Shown here: piece after piece, positions 10,909 to 21,781 of the stretch
Numbering within the stretch: position 1 is the first letter of the stretch
Layout: the number at the start of each line of letters is the position of its first letter
NCBI GenBank assembly: GCA_032128375.1
Contig: JAQBGU010000143.1
Coordinates: 1 to 64,000 of the forward strand
Origin: Deltaproteobacteria bacterium
GTDB taxonomy: Bacteria; Myxococcota_A; UBA9160; SMWR01
Direction of reading: 5' to 3'
Length of the DNA: 64,000 nucleotides
The notes under the pieces: generated by a model
What the model was told of the DNA's origin: nothing
Seen by the model: only the letters and a program-made list of their open reading frames with translations
Databases searched by the model: none
Made by a program: the position numbers and the translations under genes

Positions 10909-11019
10909 GTCGAAACTTTCATCGACCCTGCGGTGTTAGTCAATGAACTCGCGTACCATTTCGTCCCCTGTTCCCGGACCGATATCGAACGCGATCGTCA
11001 CGCATCTCGAGGCCGAAAA

Positions 11020-12045
11020 ATGAGAAACGCAGCGCGCAGGCGCGTCGGCGAGAGCGACGTCTTCGTCACCCCGCTGGGCCTCGGCTGCGCCGCCCTCGGC
11101 AATCTCTACCAACGGGTGGATGACGAGGTCGCCGAGGCGACCATCGCGGCCGCGATCGCCGGCGGAATCGGATACTTCGACACGGCGCCCTTCTACGGCT
11201 ACGGCCTTTCCGAACAGAGACTCGGGCGATCCCTGGCTCGCGCGGACCGCAGCGCGCTGACGATCTCGACCAAGGTTGGCCGGCTTCTCGTTGCGCGGGA
11301 CGGCGACGCGCGAAGCGATCAGGGGTTCATTGGAGCGAACGCCTTCGATCCGGTCTTCGACTACTCTTACGATGGAGTCATGCGATCCGTCGAGTCGAGC
11401 CTCGAACGATTGCAGACAGATCGCATCGACATCCTGTTGATGCACGACATCGGCGCGATGACGCACGGTGACAGCGCGCATCGCGCGATTTTCGAGCTTG
11501 CCATGCAGAGTGGTTATCGCGCCATGAGCCGTCTGCGAGACACTGGAGCGGTGGGGGCGATCGGGCTCGGCGTCAACGAGTCGGAGGTCTGTGTAGAGGC
11601 GCTGGAACGGGCCGACTTCGATTGCTTTCTGCTCGCCGGCCGCTACACACTCCTCGAGCAGCGCGCACTCGATCGCCTGTTGCCGTTGTGCGTGGAACAG
11701 CGTGTGTCGATCATCGCAGGAGGCGTATTCAATTCGGGCGTTCTCGTCGAGGAAGCGGGCGCGGACAGACACTACGACTACGCGGCGGCCTCCGAGACAA
11801 TCCTCGATCGCGTCGAGCGCATGCGTTCGATCTGTGCCGCCCATGCCGTACCGCTGGGCGCCGCCGCGCTGCAATTCCCGTTGCACCACCCCGCCGTGGC
11901 CAGCGTAATTCCCGGGGCGCGCACGTCGGCCGAAGTCACGGCGAATGCGCACTGGCTCGAACTCGACATCCCGTCGGGCTTGTACGCAGATCTGCGCAGC
12001 GCTGGGCTCATCGACCCGGCCGCGCCCGTCGGGCCCGGCGAATGA
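11020..12045 (+). CDS. Aldo/keto reductase (D-threo-aldose/L-fucose 1-dehydrogenase type)
   Basis: FDTAPFYGYGLSE, STKVGRLL, FDYSYDG, LLAGRYTLLEQ. Confidence 0.9.
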   Translation: MRNAARRRVGESDVFVTPLGLGCAALGNLYQRVDDEVAEATIAAAIAGGIGYFDTAPFYGYGLSEQRLGRSLARADRSALTISTKVGRLLVARDGDARSDQGFIGANAFDPVFDYSYDGVMRSVESSLERLQTDRIDILLMHDIGAMTHGDSAHRAIFELAMQSGYRAMSRLRDTGAVGAIGLGVNESEVCVEALERADFDCFLLAGRYTLLEQRALDRLLPLCVEQRVSIIAGGVFNSGVLVEEAGADRHYDYAAASETILDRVERMRSICAAHAVPLGAAALQFPLHHPAVASVIPGARTSAEVTANAHWLELDIPSGLYADLRSAGLIDPAAPVGPGE

Positions 12046-12872
12046 TCGACGCCCATCAGCACTTCTGGAGCCTGGCGCGCGACGACTACGGATGGCTCTC
12101 GCCCGATGATCGGGTGCTGTATCGCGACTTCGGCCCCGACGATCTCGGTCCGCATCTGGCGCGGGCCGGCATCTTGCGCACGGTAGTCGTTCAGGCGGCG
12201 CCGACTCTTGCAGAGACGCGCTATCTGCTCGGCCTTGCGGCCACGACCGACTGGGTGGCGGGTGTCGTGGGTTGGGTGGATCTCGCGTCTGCTGAAGTCG
12301 AACAGAACCTCGACTCGTTTGTTTCGCACGCGGCCTTTCGCGGCGTACGCCCGATGATCCAGGACATCGCGGACGACGACTGGATGCTACGCGATTCTCT
12401 CACGCTGGGGCTCAGGGCACTGGCGCAGCGCAATCTCAGCTTTGATGCGCTGGTGGTTCCGCGCCATCTACCGCGGCTGATTCGCCTATTGGAGCGCCAT
12501 CCGGACCTGTCCGTCGTCGTCGATCACGCCGCCAAGCCCCCGATCCGAGCCGGCGACTTCGACAGCTGGGCATCCGAAATCGCCCGGATGGCCCGTCAGA
12601 CGAACGCGTACTGCAAGCTCTCGGGCCTCGTCACCGAAGCCGCAGGCAATTGGACCCCGGCCGATCTGCACCCCTACGTTGCGCATCTGTTGGAGTGCTT
12701 CGGCAGCCAGAGGCTCATGTGGGGAAGCGACTGGCCTGTGGTCGATCTCGCTGGGGGTTTCGATCGCTGGAGGCAGGCGAGCCTCGAGCTGCTCGCGCAT
12801 CTGAGTGACTTCGAATGTGCGGCCATTTTCGGAGGCAATGCCGCACGCTTCTATGCTCTGGATCCGGCCTGA
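12042..12872 (+). CDS. Amidohydrolase-2 family lactonase (L-fuconolactonase type)
   Basis: [38 protein letters not shown] overlap with upstream gene. Confidence 0.9.
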   Translation: MIDAHQHFWSLARDDYGWLSPDDRVLYRDFGPDDLGPHLARAGILRTVVVQAAPTLAETRYLLGLAATTDWVAGVVGWVDLASAEVEQNLDSFVSHAAFRGVRPMIQDIADDDWMLRDSLTLGLRALAQRNLSFDALVVPRHLPRLIRLLERHPDLSVVVDHAAKPPIRAGDFDSWASEIARMARQTNAYCKLSGLVTEAAGNWTPADLHPYVAHLLECFGSQRLMWGSDWPVVDLAGGFDRWRQASLELLAHLSDFECAAIFGGNAARFYALDPA

Positions 12873-12918
12873 TGTCGGCCCCGCGAGCCGTAGCGTGCAA
12901 GTCACTGGAGAGTACAAC

Positions 12919-13833
12919 ATGACTGACACACCCCGATTCAAGGGTATCTACTGCCCGAACGTCGTTGCCCTGAACGACACTGGTCACATCGATGAGCGCG
13001 AACTGCGGCGTTACGTCGACTGGCTGATCGAGCGTGGCATCCACGGCCTCTACCCGAATGGCTCGACGGGAGAGTTCACCCGATTCACCGCTGACGAGCG
13101 CCGTCGCATCATCGAGATCGTCGTCGATCAGGTGGCGGGCCGCGTGCCCGTGCTGGCCGGGGCCGCCGAGGCCAATACCCGCGAAACACTGGCCGCGTGT
13201 GAATACTACGCGAAACTCGGAGCCGACGCGGTTGCGATCGTCTCGCCCTTCTACTACCGACTCTCGCCCGAGGGTGTCTTCGCCTATTTCGACGAGATTG
13301 GCCGCAACACACCGATCGATGTCACGCTCTACAACATTCCGATGTTCGCCTCGCCCATCGACCTCGTTACGGTGCGAAGGCTCGCCGATGCACATGCGCG
13401 CATCGTCGCGATCAAAGATTCGTCGGGCGACGTGCCCTTCATGATGGCGATGATCGATGCCATCCGGCCGGCGCGGGATGACTTCGCATTCCTGACGGGC
13501 TGGGACGCATGCCTGCTCCCGATGCTGCAGCTCGGCTGCGACGGTGGAACCAATGCGACTAGTGGTGTGGCGCCCGAGCTGACCCGCAAGCTTTTCGATC
13601 TCGCGGTAACAGGTCGGTTCGAAGAGGCTCGCGTGGTGCAGACGAAGGTCAGCCAATTGTTCGACGCGTGCTTCGGCGCAGCGGACTTTCCCGAGGGCTT
13701 TCGAATGGGTGTGGGTCTGCGCGGCATCCCGGTGGGGACCGGTAGGACGCCGCGCTCGGCGAGTGATCGCGCAAACGACGAACGCACGCTGCGGGATTTG
13801 CGCGCGTTTTTGGAAACGGAGGGCCTTGTGTGA
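12919..13833 (+). CDS. DapA/NAL family class I aldolase (probable 2-keto-3-deoxy sugar acid aldolase)
   Basis: NGSTGEF, LYNIP, IKDSSGD. Confidence 0.88.
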   Translation: MTDTPRFKGIYCPNVVALNDTGHIDERELRRYVDWLIERGIHGLYPNGSTGEFTRFTADERRRIIEIVVDQVAGRVPVLAGAAEANTRETLAACEYYAKLGADAVAIVSPFYYRLSPEGVFAYFDEIGRNTPIDVTLYNIPMFASPIDLVTVRRLADAHARIVAIKDSSGDVPFMMAMIDAIRPARDDFAFLTGWDACLLPMLQLGCDGGTNATSGVAPELTRKLFDLAVTGRFEEARVVQTKVSQLFDACFGAADFPEGFRMGVGLRGIPVGTGRTPRSASDRANDERTLRDLRAFLETEGLV

Positions 13834-14159
13834 AGCGCTTCGGACAGACCCTGGGTGTGCGGACCGAATGCATCGACGAGTACCGCCGCCACCACGCGAA
13901 GATCTGGCCCGAGATCGCGCACGCGATCCGAACGGCCGGCATCCGCAACTATTCGATCTTCCTGCTGGGCGACCGACTATTGGCCTACTACGAATACACC
14001 GGTCCCAATGACGAATTCACCGCGCGCATGCAAGCACTCGCCGCGGCTCCGCGGATGCGGGAGTGGTGGGACATCATGGAGCCCATGCAGGTACCCGATC
14101 CGCGGCGTGAGCCCGGCACCTGGTGGTCCGACATGCAAGAGGTCTTCCACCAGGATTGA
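13830..14159 (+). CDS. L-rhamnose/L-fucose mutarotase (RhaM family)
   Basis: [29 protein letters not shown]. Confidence 0.9.
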   Translation: MKRFGQTLGVRTECIDEYRRHHAKIWPEIAHAIRTAGIRNYSIFLLGDRLLAYYEYTGPNDEFTARMQALAAAPRMREWWDIMEPMQVPDPRREPGTWWSDMQEVFHQD

Positions 14160-16413
14160 ATGCGTGTCGCAGATTCACGCCGCCTGCCCACTCGTGTCCA
14201 GCGCGCTGATCGTGATTCGAAAGCGGGCGGCCGTCTGCGGGACGTGCCTGGTGGGTCGTTTCCCGATCCGGTTCGCGACCGGCGTCGGTCGGCGTTTCCG
14301 CAATCGACAGGCGCTGGTTGGCACGCAGCCGCTCGAACCGTTGGCGACCGCCGGATGGCCAGCGGATTTCCAGTTCATCCACGATCTGTTCAGCACCGAG
14401 ACCGAAGTGGAGTACCTGTGAAGAACTCGCCAGGTAGCCTGCGCCGGCCGCAACCTGACGCACCTGGCGCTGATCGCCGATCCGCAGCGTCGCGATCGCG
14501 CCGACCGCGTCGCGGTTGCTCTGCGTCCCTTCCAGCTCGATCTGCAACCAGTTTCCGACTTCGCCGGCCCCCATCAACAGGACGGCTGGTCGATCGAGAT
14601 TCTGCACGACGAGATCGAGTCGACCATCGCGATTGAAATCCGCAACGGCGACACCGCGTCCGTCCTCGATTCGATTCGAACCGGTCGAGTAACCGACATC
14701 GACGAATTGGCCATCGCCCCGGTTCCAGAACATCGCGTTGCGCTCGTATCCGTTCAGCGACGCGTCGCCCACGTCCGTCGGAGCACCCGGCTCGCTCCAG
14801 GTCTCGGAACGTCGACCGACGTTCTCAACGATGAGGTCCATTCATATGTCGTCTTCATTGGGGCCGGAAATGAATCCGTTGGCGCTGTAGAGGTCGAGTC
14901 GACCATCGTTGTCGAAATCGAGCCACACCGAGCCCCATGCCCATCCACTGTTTTCGGCACCGCTGCCCGCTGAAATCTCGCGGAAAGTACCGTCACCGAG
15001 ATTCTCGTAGAAGCGATTGCCCCGGAACCACGCGCGAATCGCTTCGCGCACGAACGGACGAAACATCACGTCGATCAACCACGGTACGCGCTTCACCTGA
15101 AAGCCGGGGGCTTCGAGAACCCAGCCCGAACCCGAGTGCATTCCACCCACAAAGAGATCGAAGTCACCGTCGCCATCGAAATCGCCCCAGTCGGCGCTCA
15201 TGCTCGCGATAGGCTTGTCGACCCCTGCTGCGCGAGAAACCTCGACGAAGTGTGCGCTGCCGTCATTGCGGTACAGCGTGTCCTTTCCAAAATCGTTTCC
15301 GACGAACAGATCGACGTCGCCATCGCCATCGTAATCTGCGGCCGCTGGCGCCAGCGACCAGCCGGTATTGCCCACTCCGGCCTCGTCTGTGAAGTCGCGG
15401 AACGTGCCATCGCCATTGTTCAGCAGCAGCTGGTCCGGTTGCGCGTTGTCCGCTCCTCCCGGCGGATCCGGTGCGTTCCAGTACACATCCTCGTGATTCG
15501 CGAGAAAGAGATCGAGAAAGCCGTCGCTATCGAAATCGGCTGCGACCGCGCCAATCGTGCGTTCGGTGGTTCGGATTCCCCAGTTATCGACTGGTTCGAA
15601 GGCGCCGCCTACGTTGTGCAGCATCAGGGGCTGCGATTGTTCCACACCTACGAACAGGTCCCTTCGTCCATCGTTATCGAAATCGAACGGCAATACCACC
15701 GTGAGCACGCCGGGAAGCGGTTCGCCCAGGCCCCAAGCCGCCGATGCGCGGACGAAGTTTCCGCGCTGGTTGACGAACAGCTCGATCCGATCGCCCGACA
15801 ACAGCAGCACGTCGACCCAGCCGTCGCCATCGACGTCGGATGCAGCGACACCGGAACCGTAGATGAAGCGCTGCGGCACTCCGTTGGGATCCTCGATGAG
15901 CCGGCTCTCGTGTTGGAACCACAACCCGCACAGCCGCGTGTCGTCGACGAAGCGAGCAGCCGGTATCGGATCGATACGCACCTCGCTGCGATCGTCCTGC
16001 GAAATCCGCCATCCGGCCGGGTCGCGAACCAGACGCATTTGTTTCGGCTGGACGAGGCTCAACCGCTCACCATCGAGGCCGATTCCCTCGACGCGAAGGC
16101 TCGAGACAACAGGAACCGGCCGTCGTTCGAGATCGATCGTTCCGATTGCGACGCGGGCTTCGCCGATCTGCCGAAAGCGCGCCATCAACTCGAGACTGGA
16201 CGCCATGGCGCCCGAACCATCGATGAACAACGCAATGAGCTGGGCGCGATCGTTCGACTCGAGCGCTTCGGGATAACTGTGGTGAAGCAGCTCGTGAATC
16301 GGGTCGATGATCTCGGTGCGGGTTTCTTGCCAGGATACGCAGCCAGCCAGAAAGATCGCAGCCACCCAAGTGAGAAGCCAGCCAGCAGCACGCCGCCGCG
16401 GATGCGAGATCAC
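14074..16413 (-). CDS. CRTAC1/ASPIC-UnbV family FG-GAP repeat lipoprotein with in-frame TGA at 14842-14844 (putative selenocysteine)
   Basis: FLAGC lipobox; multiple DxDGDG FG-GAP repeats; the two tracked ORFs abut in frame; the second carries the last repeat and ASPIC/UnbV domain (GNWLQIELEGTQSNRDAVGA...LHFGLG...IRWPSG). Confidence 0.85.
14807..14824 (-). promoter_or_regulatory. Putative bacterial SECIS hairpin
   Basis: mRNA GAACGUC-GGUC-GACGUUC: perfect 7-bp stem with GGUC loop; 24 nt lie between the UGA and the loop. Confidence 0.6.
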
Positions 16414-16474
16414 GCCGGACCGCTGGGCATTTCCGAATCACGCAAAACGAACATGGGCGGCAGTGTGTCAAACT

Positions 16475-16490
16475 TGCCAGCGTCGTGCCT
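16475..16490 (-). promoter_or_regulatory. Candidate sigma-54 promoter of the CRTAC1-like gene
   Basis: AGGCACGACGCTGGCA, GG-N10-GC with GGCACG core, about 60 nt upstream of the start. Confidence 0.4.
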
Positions 16491-16519
16491 CAATCCTGGC
16501 CGGGGTCGCCAGGGGACAG

Positions 16520-19381
16520 TCAGGCGGGTGGAGACCAGGCGGGCGCCAATCTTTCCGCCGGCAGTTCGATCGCGAACCGCTCGTCCGCCGCGGCACTCGA
16601 TCGCACGCGCTCGAGTGTGGTGAAAATTTCAGCGGTACCAGAAGCATTGTAGATCCGTAGATAGACGTCGGGGTTGCGCTCGAGCAGGTCGCGAAAGAGG
16701 TCCTCTGTGAATCGGATCTCGAAGCAACCCTCGCGATCGCTGGAGGTCTGCCCGAGATAGTCGTCGAACACGAGATCCTTGTCGTACGCGCGAACCAACA
16801 GTCCGGGCAGTGGACGGCCTGTGTTCGCTTCAGTCAGGATCCCGGAGATGCGAAACCAGCCCTCGCGCAGCGCGGGAAGCACTTGCGTCTTGAGCGGCTC
16901 TGCGGTGTGGAAAACCTTGACGATTGGGCGCGAGCCAGCCGGACTCAGCTCACCCACCACCCGATAAGCGTGAATCGGCTCCGCGACATTCTTGAGTGTC
17001 TGCGGCCCGAGCGGTTCCAACTCGAAGCCGGAACCGAGCCGCACCCGCGTCTGTTCCGTGATCGCAATTTCTGCACCGAGTGCGCCAACGCGCGCCGAGA
17101 TGTTCGTCATCGGGCCAGAAGCCGTGTAGGTCCAGCGATTGCCGCCGCGAGCGCCCGAGATCTTCGTCGCGCCGACCGACGCGGTGCCAGAATTGACCCC
17201 GATGTGCATTCCGATCGGAATCTGGCCCTCGCGCTCGAGATTGATCTCTCGCGTAAGTCGCTGAATGCCAAGGGCCGCGCTCACGGCACTGCGCGCATGC
17301 TCGGCCGGGTCGTCATGCTGGAACAGCACCATCAAACCGTCGCCTGCGGTCTCGTTGACGTCGCCACCGTGGCGCAGGATTTCGTCGAGAAACGCTCCGA
17401 AGTAACGTTCTACGATCTGGTTGACTTCGTCCAGCGGAAGTTGGGAACTCAATCGCGTGTAGCCAACCATATCGGCGAACATGACGGATAGGTCCCTTTC
17501 GCGCTTGTCGAACATCCCCGTCGATTCTGGTGACTCCTCGATCAAGTCCTGCACGGTCTGGGGAACGAACTTCGCGAGATTGGACTTGATGCTCTCGAGA
17601 ATCTGGATCTGTTTCAGGCTCGCGGAAAGGTCGTCGAACAACTTCGCATTTTGCAATGCGATGGCCGTCTGGTTGGTCATCGTCTGCAGCAGGTCGAGAT
17701 CTTCCATGCTGAACATGCGTCCAGACTTCTTCTGCCCCAACGAAACCAGCCCGATCGTCTCCGACTGATAGGTCATCGCAATGACCGCTTCTGCGCCGAG
17801 TTGTGTGAAGTGGCTCTGGAGATTTTCGCGCGAGTCGGCGAAGGCCGGGTTCAGGTCTACATCGTGCCGGAAAATAGGGTTCTGGTCGTGCTCCAGGTGG
17901 GCGATCAGGCCGTCATCGAAGCGAATGTGGTCGATGCTGGGCCGCGCCCCTGAGGCCGAAAGCCCCAGCACGTCCGAAGCACGGTACTCCGCAGCCTCGC
18001 TGTCGGGCAGCAACAATACGCCGTTTTCGAGCAGCATCTCGTCGACGAGCGTGCCGAGAAACGTCGAGCGAACTGTCTCCGGGTCGAGAATACTCGTCAT
18101 GGCTTCGGTGGCCTGGCGAATGGTCTTTCGGTAGTCGTAGCGGCGGCGGTAGAAGACGCTATCGACGAAGGCTTGCGACCGGCGGTGAATCGGTTCGAAC
18201 GTGAAGGCGACCACGAGCAGAAACGAGAGCCGAAACAGCGTCGTTTCGGAGAAATTCGCGAACGCGGTCAGGTTCAACAACGACAGCACGAGTCCGTAGC
18301 CGCCAATGACCGCCGAACTCGACAGGATGTAGCCATACGTGCGACGCACCACAGTGCTGATTTCGAACAGGTCGTGGCGCGCGATCGCGTAGCCGATCGA
18401 TAGCGGGAAAAAGAACAGGCAGACCGCGTACACGGCGATGAGATTCGGAAACACCGACACGCCGAACAGCAGGTTGGAAACCAGTTCGAGCGCCGGGATC
18501 AGCAGTGCGAGCGTCATCCCGGTCAGGATCACCAGCGACTGCAAGCGCACGGCGACCATCTGCGTCGTCATATAGTCGTAGACCGCCGACGCGAGGAACG
18601 CGACGACCGAGCCAAGCAGGTAGAGGTAGATCAGCGTCAGGAGCGTCGGCGGCAAGAAGCCAACCCAGGTTCCGTAGGAACGGGAAACCACTGCCAGTGT
18701 GAACGAGACCAGATACGGCAGGAGCAGCCAATAGCGGCGCTCGAGCAACGCCGGCTTGCGTTGAGGAAACAGCATCGCGAGCGTCAACAGCGTCGCCGGC
18801 AACGTCGGCACGATGAAGATCACGACGTTGTTCAAGAACTCCGGTTCGAACGCGTGATGGCTCGGTGCAAAATGCGGAATCATCACACCGAGCACGACCG
18901 CCATCGCCAAAAAAGCCCAACTCGGGCTGTGGAACGGCTTCATCGCGAACACGAGAAAACCGAGCGCGGTAATCGAGATGCCCAGCAGCCAGATGATTCC
19001 GCTTTGCATGAACACCCGGCGGAACCCGAGCGGCCGGTTCTCGAGGCCAACGCTGAACGTTTCGCCGCTTCGCTCGACCTCGTAGACGTTGACCCGTCCA
19101 ATCTCGTAATCGAGCAATTTCCACAACTCGTCGAACGTCTGATAGCTCGACCCGTTCAGACGTACGATCTTGTCGCCGTCGCGCAGGCCGGCCTCTCGGC
19201 CGAGCGGGCGCGCGGTCGCAACTACGTTGGGCCCGAGCTGAACCATTGCGAACCAACCGCGGTCGGGTGCGTCGATCCAGCGGATCGCGTTGTAGAGGTA
19301 GGCGGCCTGGAGCAGCAGCGCGAACAGCGCCACGCCCCCCAGTACCCAGTATTGCAACTGCCGGGAATTCCCAGTCTTCAC
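16520..19381 (-). CDS. Membrane class III nucleotidyl cyclase (PDZ, multi-TM, GAF, cyclase, C-terminal beta domain)
   Basis: AGLRDGDKIVRLNG PDZ; TM region; DLDLLQTMTNQTAIALQNA GAF; FADMVGYT, GDGLM, N...R; GTG start overlaps the lnt stop. Confidence 0.88.
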   Translation of the reverse strand: MKTGNSRQLQYWVLGGVALFALLLQAAYLYNAIRWIDAPDRGWFAMVQLGPNVVATARPLGREAGLRDGDKIVRLNGSSYQTFDELWKLLDYEIGRVNVYEVERSGETFSVGLENRPLGFRRVFMQSGIIWLLGISITALGFLVFAMKPFHSPSWAFLAMAVVLGVMIPHFAPSHHAFEPEFLNNVVIFIVPTLPATLLTLAMLFPQRKPALLERRYWLLLPYLVSFTLAVVSRSYGTWVGFLPPTLLTLIYLYLLGSVVAFLASAVYDYMTTQMVAVRLQSLVILTGMTLALLIPALELVSNLLFGVSVFPNLIAVYAVCLFFFPLSIGYAIARHDLFEISTVVRRTYGYILSSSAVIGGYGLVLSLLNLTAFANFSETTLFRLSFLLVVAFTFEPIHRRSQAFVDSVFYRRRYDYRKTIRQATEAMTSILDPETVRSTFLGTLVDEMLLENGVLLLPDSEAAEYRASDVLGLSASGARPSIDHIRFDDGLIAHLEHDQNPIFRHDVDLNPAFADSRENLQSHFTQLGAEAVIAMTYQSETIGLVSLGQKKSGRMFSMEDLDLLQTMTNQTAIALQNAKLFDDLSASLKQIQILESIKSNLAKFVPQTVQDLIEESPESTGMFDKRERDLSVMFADMVGYTRLSSQLPLDEVNQIVERYFGAFLDEILRHGGDVNETAGDGLMVLFQHDDPAEHARSAVSAALGIQRLTREINLEREGQIPIGMHIGVNSGTASVGATKISGARGGNRWTYTASGPMTNISARVGALGAEIAITEQTRVRLGSGFELEPLGPQTLKNVAEPIHAYRVVGELSPAGSRPIVKVFHTAEPLKTQVLPALREGWFRISGILTEANTGRPLPGLLVRAYDKDLVFDDYLGQTSSDREGCFEIRFTEDLFRDLLERNPDVYLRIYNASGTAEIFTTLERVRSSAAADERFAIELPAERLAPAWSPPA

Positions 19382-21000
19382 GGGGCTGGCGCCCAACGCC
19401 CGCGTGCGACTCCCCATCCGGGCAACAGAACCAGCAAGCCCGCGCACACTGGCGCCAACCAATCTCCGCGACGCGCGTAGAAGCTCAGCTGCGAACCCAT
19501 AGGAACCCGGGCGATTGCATAGCCGACGGCGTCTTGTGTTTTTCCGGCCGGGTCGACGATCTGGTTCGTCGCGCGTCCATAGCGGTCGATCGCCGCAGAA
19601 ATGCCTGTCGTCGCGGTGCGCACGATCGGAATTCCGGTCTCGATGGCGCGCAGTCGGGTCATCGCGAACATCTGGCGGTGTGCGGCCTCGGTGCGGGTGA
19701 AAATTTCGTTCGTGGTGCTGACCACGAAGTCTAGCCCCTGTGCGACTGTGCTTCGAAAACCGTCGGAAAACAGATTCTCCCAGCAGATCAGCACCCCGAA
19801 TCGCATGCCAGCGATCTGGAACAGCGTCCGGTGGTCACCGGCGCGGACGTCGATACCGTCGCCTGCCAGCCATGGCGGCCAGTTCACCCGCTCGCGCAGG
19901 GGTAGATATTGGTTGAATGGCAGCAGTTGGATCTTGTCGTAGTGTTCCAGGATTTCGCCGCGCGAATCGAACAGAAACGCGGAATTCGTGGCTGAGCGCT
20001 CGCGTCCGCTCGGGGCAGATTTGTCCTGGCCCGAAGAACCAACCAGTAAAGGGGTGTCGGTGTCCAACGCGATTGCACCGAGTTTCCGCACGAGCCCGGA
20101 GTCGAATGGAATGCTGCCGGGCACCGACGAAGCCGGCCAGACCACCAGCGCGACCCCCTCCGCGGCAGCGGCCGCCGTCAAATCTCGATAGGCGTCCAAG
20201 ACCTCTCGGCGCCTCTCGGGCGCGTCCACGCTCCGTTGGTAGGCGCCCGCCTGAACGAATGCGACGCGCGCGGCCGGAGCATCGGCGGCGGGCTCGACGC
20301 GCGCAGCGCCCCAAACCACCGCGGCGGAGGCCAACAGCAGCGGCATGATGAGTTCGACCCGGCTGATCCGTTCGAACGCGGCGATGCTGTGCAATCGACG
20401 ATCGATCACCTCGGTGACGGCGGCAGCGAAGCCAAGCATCACGAAGGAAACGGCGAACAGGCCTCCGACGGATGCCAGCTGGCCGACCGGCGCATCGACC
20501 TGGCCGTTCGCGAGCATCCCGAACGGGATCGACACAAAGCCGAGGTGCAGCCGTGCGAATTCGGCACACGCCCAGGCGGACGCCGTGACCAGCCAACGTG
20601 CACCGCTGGGCGCGAGCTTCGACAACCAGGCCAACGGTCCGAACAGGCCAAAAAGCGCGCCCAACACACCGACGGCGAGCGTGTAGTTCGCTGCGTTCAT
20701 GCCCCCGAGCGCGAGCAACCAGCGGATGTGAAATGCCCAGAAAACCAGGCCCGCCAATACCGCCATGCCGTACGCCGATACCGGCGTCCGCGCGCGGCGA
20801 ATTGCCAGCAGCAGCGGTACGGGCGCCAGCCAGCCAATCGATGAAGCGACGCCAAGCGGAACGCTTGCACCCAGCCCGCACTCGAGCGCCAACCCGCTAG
20901 CGGCTGCCAGCGCCAGGTTGATCGCGACCGATCGCGCTCCGCGCTGCGATTGCCCCGCGATGGCGGTCGAAGCGGGAATGGCCGGGCTGGATGCACTCAT
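19378..21000 (-). CDS. lnt: Apolipoprotein N-acyltransferase-like protein
   Basis: TM N-terminus; nitrilase domain YDK..LLPF, LICWE, RLRAIETG..IVRTATTGIS; WPES motif reads WPAS. Confidence 0.82.
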   Translation of the reverse strand: MSASSPAIPASTAIAGQSQRGARSVAINLALAAASGLALECGLGASVPLGVASSIGWLAPVPLLLAIRRARTPVSAYGMAVLAGLVFWAFHIRWLLALGGMNAANYTLAVGVLGALFGLFGPLAWLSKLAPSGARWLVTASAWACAEFARLHLGFVSIPFGMLANGQVDAPVGQLASVGGLFAVSFVMLGFAAAVTEVIDRRLHSIAAFERISRVELIMPLLLASAAVVWGAARVEPAADAPAARVAFVQAGAYQRSVDAPERRREVLDAYRDLTAAAAAEGVALVVWPASSVPGSIPFDSGLVRKLGAIALDTDTPLLVGSSGQDKSAPSGRERSATNSAFLFDSRGEILEHYDKIQLLPFNQYLPLRERVNWPPWLAGDGIDVRAGDHRTLFQIAGMRFGVLICWENLFSDGFRSTVAQGLDFVVSTTNEIFTRTEAAHRQMFAMTRLRAIETGIPIVRTATTGISAAIDRYGRATNQIVDPAGKTQDAVGYAIARVPMGSQLSFYARRGDWLAPVCAGLLVLLPGWGVARGRWAPAP

Positions 21001-21781
21001 CGGGTCGCTAGCTCGGCGTCGAATTCGACGTTAGAGCGGCTCCATCGTGGCGACCACGACGTCGAGAATCACCCATTGATTGGTGCCGTCATTGGTCGGC
21101 GTCGCTGGTGAAACTCGACGGGGCCACCACGAGACCAGCCGAGAACGGGAGGCCGGCGAGCGCAGGGATGACGCTATCGACGAAACCTTGGAAGTCGATG
21201 TGGACCCGCTCCACACGCGCGGTTGTAAGCGTCGCTGCCCGTAGCAATACAGCGGCTCCGATTGCGACTGCAGCCCTCACCTTGGTGGTCCGCCCGTACA
21301 TGATTTTCCTGTGCCGTGAATTTGCGTCCCAGGTCGAAAAATCGGCCACAGTCCGCTCGTTGCTGGTTTCCGGGTGCAGCGCGCTCTGCGCGATCGTAAA
21401 TACGTAGCACTTTTACTACATTTTTGAACGAATTTAGTCAAATCCAGAAGCCGGTCCCAGACTTCGCTTACATCGCCCAAGCGTCCATCGCCCAACCGCA
21501 TTCATGCCGTTCGATGTGATGTTTTAGCAACGCTTGTCAGTTCGGGTCGTACGGGATTTGTGGACGATCGACACCACAACGTTCGACACTGTTCGGCGGA
21601 TCAGCACAAGACTGTCGATTGGCTCGCGGTGTCGCCGTTGGAACACCCGGTCGTCAGGATCACGCGCAATACAGGTGGCATCCTGGTTTTCGTGCTGCCA
21701 GGTCTGCCCCAACCGTTTGCGGAGTCGGTGTGATCGAAGACTACTTCGACATGTGACACTGAACGAGGTGCGCCCCTCCGG

